Shown here: positions 39,144-48,589 of the stretch, piece by piece | Numbering within the stretch: position 1 is the stretch's first letter | How the letters are laid out: the number at the start of each line of letters is the position of its first letter | NCBI GenBank assembly: GCA_030599585.1 | Contig: JAUVNS010000008.1 | Span: 160,001 to 224,000, forward strand | Origin: Promethearchaeota archaeon | GTDB taxonomy: Archaea; Asgardarchaeota; Lokiarchaeia; Sigyniarchaeales; SOKP01 | Length of the DNA: 64,000 nt | Direction: 5' to 3' | The notes under the pieces: model-generated | What the model was told of the DNA's origin: nothing | The model's input: only the letters and a program-made list of their open reading frames with translations | The model's database searches: none | Program-made: the position numbers and the translations under genes

Positions 39144-39220
39144 TTACGAGAGAACAATAATACAGTATACAAAAAATACAAAATTAAAACAATACAAAAC
39201 AAAACTTAGAGGTAAATAAT

Positions 39221-39520
39221 ATGTCAAAAGAAGCAAAACCTAGAGAACGTGAACAAAATTCTGTATTTGTCGGGCGCAGACCTACCATGAATTATGTAAT
39301 GGCTACAATGATGATCCTTAATACGGGTGAAGATTGTACCGTGAAGGCCAGAGGTAGAGCTATTTCCCACGCGGTTGATGTGTGCGAAATTTTAAGGAAC
39401 CGATTCTTAAAAGGAACTGAATACAAAGACATTAGGCTTTCCACAGAACAATTGGAAGGAGAGAATGGTCAATCAAACAACGTTTCTAGCATTGAAATTG
39501 TACTTGCTCCACCAAAGTAA
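39221..39520 (+). CDS. albA: Alba DNA/RNA-binding chromatin protein
   Basis: VFVGRRPTMNYV, VKARGRAISHAVDV, NVSSIEIVL; GAGGT RBS. Confidence 0.96.
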   Translation: MSKEAKPREREQNSVFVGRRPTMNYVMATMMILNTGEDCTVKARGRAISHAVDVCEILRNRFLKGTEYKDIRLSTEQLEGENGQSNNVSSIEIVLAPPK

Positions 39521-39522
39521 AT

Positions 39523-39590
39523 AGTGGGTTTATAATCTAAACTCACTTCGCTAAAACAAAAAAACTCTCTTTTTTTTATTTATTTTACAT
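39523..39590 (+). terminator. 3' hairpin and U-tract after alba
   Basis: agtgggttta-taatc-taaactcact (10-bp stem, one G-U) followed by tctcttttttttatttattttt. Confidence 0.55.
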
Positions 39591-39850
39591 TAATTTTTTC
39601 ATAAGATAATTTAATTGGTTAAGATCACTGAATTTTATGGTTCAAGAGTAATTTTAGAATCAAATTAATACTCTTATTTTGTGATTCAATATGGTCAAAT
39701 GATGGTAGAATTTGGAGAATTATTAAGGAATGTCAAAACATTTAAAAACTCATATTGTAATACTTTATATTAATAAAAAATCAATTTTAATCCGATTTTT
39801 TAGGACTTTACTAAAATTTAATCAAAGTATAAGAAGAGGAAGAAAAAATT

Positions 39851-40039
39851 ATGGCTAAGGTTGACACTTTATTTGTAAAATCTAAAGTTCGAGAGCACAT
39901 AAAATCTAACAACCTCAATACATCCTCGGGTGTGCTTGATGGTGATACGCTGAATAATTTGATAATTGCGATTCTTGATAATGCCTGTAGACGCTCTAAA
40001 GCGAACGGTCGAAAAACCGTAAAAGCACGGGATCTATAA
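39851..40039 (+). CDS. Histone-fold protein, alpha3-truncated (face-to-face/DUF1931 or Bd0055-like) type
   Basis: LFVKSKVREHIK (alpha1), long alpha2, RSKANGRKTVKARDL-stop (RxTxxxxD motif at the extreme C-terminus). Confidence 0.85.
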   Translation: MAKVDTLFVKSKVREHIKSNNLNTSSGVLDGDTLNNLIIAILDNACRRSKANGRKTVKARDL

Positions 40040-40111
40040 ACAAAATTATAATATAAACTACCTTTCTTTTTTTTATTTTTTACCGAATTAACTTGAGCTC
40101 AGAGTAGGATA

Positions 40112-42217
40112 CTATGGGGTCAGTAATGAGTCTATTGCTATATTCTCACGTTTAAATACTGCTGTGCTTATTCCTGTGGTGTGGTCTTTACTTACGATTA
40201 TTTTATGCGTATTAATATCTGTCGGGATAGATGTGTGAGTAATTAAGAAAATCTGTGAAAATGTTTTTGATTTTATCAAATGCTTGAGTATTCGTTCTCG
40301 TCGAGTCTCATCAAGTGCTGCTAGTGGCTCATCTAAAAGAAGAATATCAATTTTAGGATTTTTTTTAGGCGAATCTTTTGTGGGGCGTATTTTACTCATT
40401 AATTCGGATATAGCTAATCGTAAGGCAATTCCCAAGGCAGTTTTATCTCCTCCAGAAAGAACTTCTATTGACTCAAGAACACCGTTGAAATTATCCCTGA
40501 TTTTTAGCGACAGGCCCGTCTTTTTTGTTCCAGACAAGTCAATAGTTAAATCGCTATATTGACCTGAAGTAAAATCTTTAATATATCTGTTAGTTGTTAA
40601 TGCGATATTTTTGACTAACCGCTTTACAACCATATATTCTGTGACAAACCTCCTAACTAATTCTTTTGATTTACTGATGTGATCGATATCAATTTCGAAT
40701 TCTCCGATTTCTTTTTCCAATTTCTTCATTTGGTTAACCTCACTGCGCAATTCTACAATTTTATTAAGATTTCCTTCGATTTTCCTTCGATTTTCTTTTG
40801 ATTCTTTAATAATTGCAGTTAATTCAGTACTGAGTTTTTTCTTCTCAATTGAAAGAGTTTTTATGTTGGCAGGATTTGTATTTGCAAATTTAGTCTTGTG
40901 TTCTGCTAGAAAAAGATTAGTTTCTTCCTTAGCCTTATTAAAATCCAATGCTTTTTTTTGGTAATTCTGATAATCGTTCCTTAATCCCTGAATCACGGTA
41001 ATCTGTTTTTTAACGTAATCAAGTTTGTTTTGTTTTCCATTTATATCTAAATCGAGATTTTCAATAATTTTCGAAATGGATTTAACTTTTTCTTGACTTA
41101 CTTCAATTTCCTTGTTAAAATTATCCACCATTTCATTATAATGCTCTTTTGTAAGCTCATTTTGGCAAGTAGGGCATTGTGCTACCTCTGCATTATTCTC
41201 GTTCGTAGTAAACAGCAAGCTCTCTTCCATTTTCTTTATTTTTTTTTTACTATCATCAATTCTGCCTTTGGTTTTCCCTAAACCTTTATAGGTTGCTTCT
41301 CTTCTTTTATCCAAAGTTTCTTTTAGCGTTTTGATATCGTTTTCTTCATTAATTAAAAGCGATATTTTTTCATTAATTTTAGATAAGGGTTCAAAGTCTT
41401 TGATATTTAACTTAGTATTTTTGATTTTTCGTTGAAAATCGTTCTTGTAAGCGAGTGAATTTTCTTCAAGTATTTTTTGCTGGTCATAAAGACCTCCTAA
41501 CTTAGAAATCAAGTCATCTGATGGAAAATCAGAAATTTGTTGTTCGTGTTCTTTTTGTAACCTAATATTTTCAGTAAGTTTTTTTTCCAATTCTACATTT
41601 TCGAGCTCTACATCAGTGATATCCTTTTCGATTCGGTCTAGTGGAACTCTTTTCCTTTCCAACTTTTCTTTATTAAATTTAGCATTTTTGGATTCTCTAT
41701 CAAGGAAAGCGAGCGCATCATCGATTATATTGAGCCTGAAAAGATCAATTATCATTTCTCTTAGCTCAGCACCTTTTTTGTTTGCTAACTCTTCCACCTC
41801 TCCTTGTCTTACGAATACTGTATTTAAAGCTTGCTCTGTAGAAATTTCGAAAAAGTTTTCAATATTAAAGGACTTAATTTCACGATAAGAAGTTTTAACC
41901 CATTCAAACAATTTCGTAGTAGTGGCTCCAGTTCTACCCCATTTACGATAAATATTATATTTTATGTTATCAATAGTAAGATAAATAGTTAGTTCGGCTT
42001 TCTCTTCTCCATATGTGATAAATGAGGCTGCATTCCTTCCGCGAAATATTTTAGATCCAAAAAAAGCGAATAAAACCCCTTCTAAAATAGTAGATTTACC
42101 ATATGAGTTCTTTCCACTAATTAATATTAATCCTTTTGGAAATTGCTTCATCTTTTTTGGAAGAGTTAATTGCTTATATCCCATGAAGTTTTTAAAAATG
42201 AGATTCGTAATATGCAT
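40112..42217 (-). CDS. rad50: Rad50/SbcC SMC-like ATPase
   Basis: Walker A GKNSYGKST, Q-loop FVRQGE, coiled coil with CPTC Zn hook, LSGGD signature, LLLDEP, ITH. Confidence 0.93.
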   Translation of the reverse strand: MHITNLIFKNFMGYKQLTLPKKMKQFPKGLILISGKNSYGKSTILEGVLFAFFGSKIFRGRNAASFITYGEEKAELTIYLTIDNIKYNIYRKWGRTGATTTKLFEWVKTSYREIKSFNIENFFEISTEQALNTVFVRQGEVEELANKKGAELREMIIDLFRLNIIDDALAFLDRESKNAKFNKEKLERKRVPLDRIEKDITDVELENVELEKKLTENIRLQKEHEQQISDFPSDDLISKLGGLYDQQKILEENSLAYKNDFQRKIKNTKLNIKDFEPLSKINEKISLLINEENDIKTLKETLDKRREATYKGLGKTKGRIDDSKKKIKKMEESLLFTTNENNAEVAQCPTCQNELTKEHYNEMVDNFNKEIEVSQEKVKSISKIIENLDLDINGKQNKLDYVKKQITVIQGLRNDYQNYQKKALDFNKAKEETNLFLAEHKTKFANTNPANIKTLSIEKKKLSTELTAIIKESKENRRKIEGNLNKIVELRSEVNQMKKLEKEIGEFEIDIDHISKSKELVRRFVTEYMVVKRLVKNIALTTNRYIKDFTSGQYSDLTIDLSGTKKTGLSLKIRDNFNGVLESIEVLSGGDKTALGIALRLAISELMSKIRPTKDSPKKNPKIDILLLDEPLAALDETRRERILKHLIKSKTFSQIFLITHTSIPTDINTHKIIVSKDHTTGISTAVFKRENIAIDSLLTP

Positions 42218-42219
42218 CT

Positions 42220-43536
42220 TTATACCTCCTTCTCCTTTTCCATGTATTTTAATGCATTTTTAAGAGCTCTCATCCCCAATTGGCTAAGTTTATCCACATT
42301 AAAATGGGATTTATCTTCAGTTAACTTCTCTAGAACAAAAGATTTAAATTCTTCATCCGGATGTTCTAATATATAATCTTGAATTATCCCAGCACTTATA
42401 TCATCCTCAAAAGATTCAGACATATCAACAATCTTCCAAATTATCTGCAAGATATTGAATTTATCAGATTGAGAAAAGCAATCTCTCCGTATTCGGGACA
42501 TCATTTCGTTTATTTGCCAATTTTTTTCTGTTGTTATTTCTCCAGTAAAATTGAATTTTAATCTCGCTGCAGTTTTTGGGTTAAAACCTTCATCTGAGAT
42601 AAATAGCTTCAATTCATTGTTGATTAGGTGTTCTAAATCGGAGGGGGATTGATCCGGATTAGCTGTAATTTGTAAGAGTTTGAAGGATCTTTGTAACAGT
42701 TTATCTGTAAAGACTCGCTCTACATTTAACAATTTAGTGTCGGTATTTACATCTACTATTAAATAACCTTGGTTTTCATTAATTTCTTTAAAATTCATTG
42801 GAAGCAAGCTTCCTGAGTAATAATGATTTTTCGATAATTTTTTTAATCCATGTTCGTGCCCTAAAGCAACATAATCGTAATCAAAATCATTAGAATTAAT
42901 TTTGCGATGTAATGTGTAATCACCAGCAGAACCGTGTGCAACTGCAATATTAATTTTTCCCTCGTTTCCAATAGGGTGTTGATTTTCTATCCAATTATCA
43001 TAAGCCGCTTCATAGACTTCGTAATCTTGAAATTCAAAATATGGAAATAAATAGAAGCGCACATTTTTTGCTGGAAAATCCAACTTTAATGGCTCATTAT
43101 TTTTGATCGCCGTCAATAGGTCTCTTTGTTTATAATAATGAAGATTTGAATATCTTTCGACTTGAATGTGTGATTCAAAAGGTGTATATTCATATCCTCT
43201 GAAGATCCCGTGATTCCCTTCAACATATATGAAAGGGATTTGATTATGTGTGTTATCAAAGAAGATATCTAAACCTTCTTTAAATGCTCTCCTCGCAGGT
43301 TCTGGTGGGGGATACGAACTATATTTAGACGGATGGTGAAACATATCGCCACAATGAACAACATAATCTAAATTCTTGATTAGGGATATGTCTGTCATGA
43401 CTTTTAAAAATAAATCGTAAATCTCTTGTTCGTAAGGTTTTGAGTAGTTTTGAATCGCCCACTTGTTTATAACGCCTCTTCTCGTTCGATAACCTAAATG
43501 AGAATCTGATATTTGTACAATTTTTACCATATGCAA
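42220..43536 (-). CDS. mre11: Mre11/SbcD nuclease
   Basis: SDSHLG, CGDMFH, EGNHG, AHGS, YVALGHEH, YSGS phosphoesterase motifs; 2 nt from rad50. Confidence 0.92.
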   Translation of the reverse strand: MHMVKIVQISDSHLGYRTRRGVINKWAIQNYSKPYEQEIYDLFLKVMTDISLIKNLDYVVHCGDMFHHPSKYSSYPPPEPARRAFKEGLDIFFDNTHNQIPFIYVEGNHGIFRGYEYTPFESHIQVERYSNLHYYKQRDLLTAIKNNEPLKLDFPAKNVRFYLFPYFEFQDYEVYEAAYDNWIENQHPIGNEGKINIAVAHGSAGDYTLHRKINSNDFDYDYVALGHEHGLKKLSKNHYYSGSLLPMNFKEINENQGYLIVDVNTDTKLLNVERVFTDKLLQRSFKLLQITANPDQSPSDLEHLINNELKLFISDEGFNPKTAARLKFNFTGEITTEKNWQINEMMSRIRRDCFSQSDKFNILQIIWKIVDMSESFEDDISAGIIQDYILEHPDEEFKSFVLEKLTEDKSHFNVDKLSQLGMRALKNALKYMEKEKEV

Positions 43537-43570
43537 TCCTTATCTTTTTTTCATGTAAAATAAATAAACA

Positions 43571-44752
43571 TTATACCCCTAATACTTTATGTCTCCATTT
43601 TTGAGAATACTTTTTTGTTTTTGGGTCGTATTGTAATTCTAAGAACGCAGCTTCTAACTTATTAAATTCTGACGTTAATAAAGTACTTGCTTCATGAGCT
43701 CCTACAAGACAAAGGGGATAACCACGAGGGGCAAATGGAATTAGATTTTTGATAATATATAAAGCATCCTTCGTGTCTAAATCGTCGCAAATGTCAAACC
43801 TCAAAGCAGAACTATCCTGTTGCAGTCTCGTTAAATACGCTCTACTTTTTGTGTACATTGAAAGATCTGGCATATCCACAAGAAAATTCTTATTCTCATA
43901 TATTTCTGACCAAATTGGCAGCAAAAAATTCCCCTGAGCATCTCTTAACCGGCAAGTCTTTGAAAAACTATAGTATTTTATCTTGTATAATTGAATAAAT
44001 CTATAAAAAAATTCAGTAAAAGCGGTTGGAGGGAAAATATGCTGGCGAAACATTTGAATTCCATCTCCAAGGAAGACTACATTTTCGTTTTTGCCCCAGT
44101 TGCTTATTTCCTTAATTCTGATTAGTGATTTTAGTATCTCATCAGCAGTTCTTATTCTATCAACAACATGTCCTAATGTTGGATAATAGAAAGCGTGAGA
44201 GTTAATGTGATCATCTATTTTTTTTTTATAAGTTGATTCGAACCATTCTTCGAGTTTATCAACTTTATCTTTTAATTTACCTACATAGAATTCTCGTTTA
44301 ATGGTTTTTACAAAATTTTCGATTACTGTTTTATAAATAATAAGTTTATGCTCGTTATCTTCTATGTATGTGGTAATAGGTTTATACATTATTTTTTCTT
44401 TTTGATATTCTCCGTTCTTAAAAGTGAGATGGCATTCTCCAAACTTAAATGATGCAAGTTTTGCATAAGTTCCGCTAAAAGTATTTGAGCTCTCATCAAA
44501 ACCTATAATTTCGTAATTATCGCGTACATAATTCATAGACTCCTTCCCAACTGCGAGATGTGGCATTTCACTAAAGAGTAAATTAGTGTTTTTCAAACTC
44601 TCATCATTGTCAAATTTATCAGTCTCGAGCTCGATCTTCTCTTCTTCAGTCCACTTAGCTCTTCTTTCCTGAATATATTCTTTGAATTTTTGAACATCTT
44701 CGTCAATAGATATTTCAGGTCTTTTTTCAAATGACTTCTCTAATGAGATCAA
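43571..44752 (-). CDS. nurA: NurA-family 5'-3' nuclease
   Basis: IIGFDESS, VFLGDG, FSKT, RFD, GYPLCLVGAHEAS; lies between herA and mre11. Confidence 0.8.
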   Translation of the reverse strand: MISLEKSFEKRPEISIDEDVQKFKEYIQERRAKWTEEEKIELETDKFDNDESLKNTNLLFSEMPHLAVGKESMNYVRDNYEIIGFDESSNTFSGTYAKLASFKFGECHLTFKNGEYQKEKIMYKPITTYIEDNEHKLIIYKTVIENFVKTIKREFYVGKLKDKVDKLEEWFESTYKKKIDDHINSHAFYYPTLGHVVDRIRTADEILKSLIRIKEISNWGKNENVVFLGDGIQMFRQHIFPPTAFTEFFYRFIQLYKIKYYSFSKTCRLRDAQGNFLLPIWSEIYENKNFLVDMPDLSMYTKSRAYLTRLQQDSSALRFDICDDLDTKDALYIIKNLIPFAPRGYPLCLVGAHEASTLLTSEFNKLEAAFLELQYDPKTKKYSQKWRHKVLGV

Positions 44753-44804
44753 TTCGAAATTAAAAGAAATTTTTTATCACCTTAGTTTTTTTTATCTCTT
44801 ATAT

Positions 44805-46547
44805 TTATGGAAGCGAAGTAGGTGGGGGCGCTGAAGACGCGACTTTTTTTCTAAAATTTTCATAAAACCTTTTAGAGTGTTGTTCAAAGTATTCATCATA
44901 GAGTGGAATTTTTAATTTTTGAAAATTTGTAAGCCATATTCCCGAAATTAACGCTATCCCCCTAGTCCCTGTTAAGGATTCTAAATCGCTACGCTGAATG
45001 CCTCCTCCTAGCATTTGGGCTGCAACAGCTTTTTCTTTTTCTGATCTTAAGGGTAAATTAATAACGGTATTCATATTACTTAAAATGCTCTCATCTATGG
45101 GTGAATATTGCTGTGAAATCACTTCTAATCCTAGGTTAAATTTTCTTCCTTGGCGTGAAATATCTTTAAAGACATTATTATGTCTCATCATTTCAGGCCG
45201 TAAGATACTTGGAGCTTCTTCAATTGTAAAGATAATAATTGGTAATTCTGATGGATCTTTAACTGTTGTTCCGGTTTTAATATATACATTTTTCAAATTA
45301 GCTTTATAATTATCATAAAAGTTTTTAGGTAAATTCTGGATTAGCTTTTTTTCAAAAGTAGTGATATCCGAAGATGATTTTAGCGATTTACGAATATCAA
45401 ATAATGTTCTAGCCAAGATGCTATTAAAAAGGAATTGTTCTAAATCGGATATCATGGATGCATTGAATATAATTACATTCCCTTTTTCCAACTTTAGCAC
45501 GATTTCTGGAAGTTTGCTTGCAGCATTAGATTGAAACATTTCAGAATACTCCAACCAGTGCATTCTTCGTCGTATCGCAGCCATAGTTTTTTCGTCATGC
45601 CCTCCTGGAGGACGATAGCCATCAGTTAATAAATTTTCGATATAATTTTCTTGATCACTTCTATATGCTGAATAAATAGCTCCAGCTTGAAGATCGTTAA
45701 AAGAACCTGTCGTAAATAGGTCTTCTGGTGTTATCTCTTGATAATTTACCAGACAAGGAGTGGCTAGACTCTTTAATTCTGCTGGTGGTATACCTTTATT
45801 AGGATAGAGATAAAACCAGGAACCAAATAGCTCTTTGTTGTATCCTGATGTTTTGCATATATCAATAACTCCATATTTAATACATCCCAAGGCATACTCA
45901 TCATGCATGTCAATAGCAAGCATGGAGATTTTAGTCCCTTTCTCTCCGAGAATTATCTGAGCGTTATGCTGTAACAAACCGTCTATAAAAACTTGATTTA
46001 AATTTGATTTCCCCATTCCTGTAGCACCTGCAATAAAAAAATGGTACATTAAATATTTGAAGGGAAAATAGACCTCAACTTTTTTTTCAGATGCTAAATT
46101 ACCCATAAAGATTCCATCAGGAGGGAAAATATATCTCAAATCTTCATGGATGTCGCTTTGATCTTCTAAGATTTCCATTAAATGGGGTTGAAGTGTTTTG
46201 TTTTCCATCAAATCTTCAATTAAAAAGAATACATTGGTTACATGACTCTTTATTTCTTTTGTATTCTTATCTTTTTCTATACAGAGGATAGGACGGCCTT
46301 GAATAACATATTGTAGCTCTGATTCTAATTCTGCTTTGATGTAATCTGTTATTTTAACATTTCTTAATTTTTGGCGTGTAAATATGTAGTCTGATATTGT
46401 TTGTTCGCTAAGGACCTGAACTATTATGGTATATAGCTTATTATTCCTCTGATCTTCAGCAGACAATTTTAAAAAACCATGAAGATGGATGTAGTCCTTG
46501 TAAAAAATTTCAATTGTACTTTCAACAGAATTTATTCTAATAATCAT
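44805..46547 (-). CDS. herA: HerA-family (FtsK/HerA) ATPase / DNA translocase
   Basis: HFFIAGATGMGKS Walker A, IDMHDEY, TIEEAP Walker B, RQGRKFNLG...ISQ arginine-finger motif. Confidence 0.9.
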   Translation of the reverse strand: MIIRINSVESTIEIFYKDYIHLHGFLKLSAEDQRNNKLYTIIVQVLSEQTISDYIFTRQKLRNVKITDYIKAELESELQYVIQGRPILCIEKDKNTKEIKSHVTNVFFLIEDLMENKTLQPHLMEILEDQSDIHEDLRYIFPPDGIFMGNLASEKKVEVYFPFKYLMYHFFIAGATGMGKSNLNQVFIDGLLQHNAQIILGEKGTKISMLAIDMHDEYALGCIKYGVIDICKTSGYNKELFGSWFYLYPNKGIPPAELKSLATPCLVNYQEITPEDLFTTGSFNDLQAGAIYSAYRSDQENYIENLLTDGYRPPGGHDEKTMAAIRRRMHWLEYSEMFQSNAASKLPEIVLKLEKGNVIIFNASMISDLEQFLFNSILARTLFDIRKSLKSSSDITTFEKKLIQNLPKNFYDNYKANLKNVYIKTGTTVKDPSELPIIIFTIEEAPSILRPEMMRHNNVFKDISRQGRKFNLGLEVISQQYSPIDESILSNMNTVINLPLRSEKEKAVAAQMLGGGIQRSDLESLTGTRGIALISGIWLTNFQKLKIPLYDEYFEQHSKRFYENFRKKVASSAPPPTSLP

Positions 46548-46740
46548 GATAATTGACTCTTTTTTCAGTGATCACTACTTTCTTTTATAGCTAAAAGATT
46601 TTATGTTCTTTTAAAGTTAATAGTTTTTACATTTTATAAATCTCATGGACTTTAGAAATTTAATAGTTTTTAAAATAACTATTATGAGACTAATATAAAG
46701 AAAAAAAACGATGGGTTATGATTTCACTTAGTTCTGTCGA

Positions 46741-47922
46741 TTACTTTAGGAACTCCTCAATTAAGTTATATACTTTTTCGAGTATTTTTTGTTCTGGTAA
46801 GAAGGTTAATCTCATATGTCCTTTTCCATAGTCACCAAAACCTGAACCGTAGACTAAACATACGCCTGTTTTTTTAAGTAAATCAACAACTAATTCTTTA
46901 TCGTCTTTCCATTTATTTAATTCTTCTAAATCTAACTTAGGGAAAAGATAGAAAGCACCATTAGGCTTAACGCACGTAATTCCTTCAATCTTACGCAACC
47001 TATTATATGAATAATCACGCCTTTCTTTAAGTTTTCTGACCATATCAATTGTATGGCTACTTGAAGTTCTTAAAATGTCAAGTGCTGCAAATTGTGCAAT
47101 GGAACTAGCAGATAGACGCGCACGAGCCATTTTAGCGATGCCATTTTTTATTTCTTCTAGTTTGTTTTCTGGATCGTGATAGTATAAGTATCCAAGCCTC
47201 CATCCTGTTACCAAGTGAGTTTTTGAGAATCCATTTAATCCAATTATGGGAACATCTTTAGCTAACGACGCAGGGCATACATATGGCTTATCATAGGTAA
47301 TCTGATCGTAAATTTCATCCGATAAAATTGGTAGGTTATACTCTCCGGCAAGATCAATTATCTCTTTGATTTTTTTTTCTCCATATAAGACTCCCGTTGG
47401 ATTATTAGGGGAACAGATTAATATTGCTTGAGTTTTAGTAGTAATTTTTTTCCTTAAATCTTCAATATTGGGCTCCCAATCTTGTTGTTCATCAAGTTCA
47501 TATTCAACTGGTTTACCATCATAAAACTTAGTATAATTGATATATAGGGGATAAGATGGGCCGGGTATGAGAAGTTCTTTACCATTTTCGATTAAACTTG
47601 AAATAATAAAGTTTATTCCCTCTGTAACGCCTGATGTTACAATAATATCCTCAGTACTAACATTGAGATTTTGTCCCTTAAGGAGTTTACTTAATTCTTC
47701 TCTTAATTCAACTACTCCCAATGAATTTACGTAGTAATTCTTGCCTTTACGACTATAGACGGAAAGTGCATCCGAAATAAATTTTGGAGTATGAAAATCG
47801 TAGGAAACTGGATCGCCTATGTTTAAATGGTAGATTGTTTTACCACTTTTAGCAACTTCTTGAGCTACAGCTGCGATCTCTCGAATCGCGTACTCTACAC
47901 CTTTTACTCTATTAGTGAGCAT
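46741..47922 (-). CDS. Class I PLP aminotransferase (AlaA-like alanine/aspartate aminotransferase)
   Basis: VEYAIR, LNIGDP, PNNPTG, SDEIYD, NGFSKTHLVTGWRLG. Confidence 0.92.
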   Translation of the reverse strand: MLTNRVKGVEYAIREIAAVAQEVAKSGKTIYHLNIGDPVSYDFHTPKFISDALSVYSRKGKNYYVNSLGVVELREELSKLLKGQNLNVSTEDIIVTSGVTEGINFIISSLIENGKELLIPGPSYPLYINYTKFYDGKPVEYELDEQQDWEPNIEDLRKKITTKTQAILICSPNNPTGVLYGEKKIKEIIDLAGEYNLPILSDEIYDQITYDKPYVCPASLAKDVPIIGLNGFSKTHLVTGWRLGYLYYHDPENKLEEIKNGIAKMARARLSASSIAQFAALDILRTSSSHTIDMVRKLKERRDYSYNRLRKIEGITCVKPNGAFYLFPKLDLEELNKWKDDKELVVDLLKKTGVCLVYGSGFGDYGKGHMRLTFLPEQKILEKVYNLIEEFLK

Positions 47923-48036
47923 ACTAATTATCCATTATAATTCAAATTTTAATTAATATAATACAATTAAGTTTATAGAAAGAAGAATTAAATAGCTTAT
48001 CTTTCTGCAGAATGAGAGTAATTGAAATAAAAAAAG

Positions 48037-48417
48037 TTAGAACTGAAATTCCCTATTACGCAATTTTGAAACTAAATGCCCTCTCGAGAGGAGTTGTATT
48101 CCAAATTGCGAACTATAGTCGCGCGAGAAATCTGTGGTGATGTTACAAACCATAATGCCACCTTCTATTTCAGGTATATCAACGCATGCTTTATGAAGTT
48201 GCCGTAGTTGTGTTATCGAAATTTCTCTTTTCCAATCTCGAACAAAAACGCCATAATTTCCAAATTTACCATTTTTAATAACAGCGTTAAATGTCCATGT
48301 TTTTCCGGATTGACCCTTTAATTTTGTAGGACCATTAATGAATTCATATTTCTCAGAAAAGACCTTTTCAGTTAACTCTGTTAATGACTTATCTCCTAAT
48401 GACATAAAATCACTCAT
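48037..48417 (-). CDS. Stand-alone Mrr-like PD-(D/E)xK-fold protein, probably catalytically inactive
   Basis: KGQSGKTWTFN, VFVRDWKREI, GIMV...FGIQLL layout of Mrr_cat; acidic/Lys catalytic positions read N, F, R. Confidence 0.65.
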   Translation of the reverse strand: MSDFMSLGDKSLTELTEKVFSEKYEFINGPTKLKGQSGKTWTFNAVIKNGKFGNYGVFVRDWKREISITQLRQLHKACVDIPEIEGGIMVCNITTDFSRDYSSQFGIQLLSRGHLVSKLRNREFQF

Positions 48418-48589
48418 TTTTTATATAAATATAGATTGTAAGTAATATATAAGTGTTATTTAGATAGATAAAGAAAATAATCTTAAAAATAAGTAATACG
48501 CAGATATTATCGTCAGAATATGTGCAAGTTTAAAGATTTCTTAACTTCATACGAAGCCGACAAAAATCTATACTCACACACTTTAGTTA

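Noticed and set aside
39011-39202. 63-aa minus-strand ORF with ITNF repeats
   Set aside because: A by-product of the 12-bp repeat and the A-rich alba leader; no RBS and a weak start.
46567-46576. Perfect palindrome AGTGATCACT upstream of herA as an operator
   Set aside because: A single 10-bp palindrome is expected by chance in 64 kb; I did not find a second copy at other repair genes.
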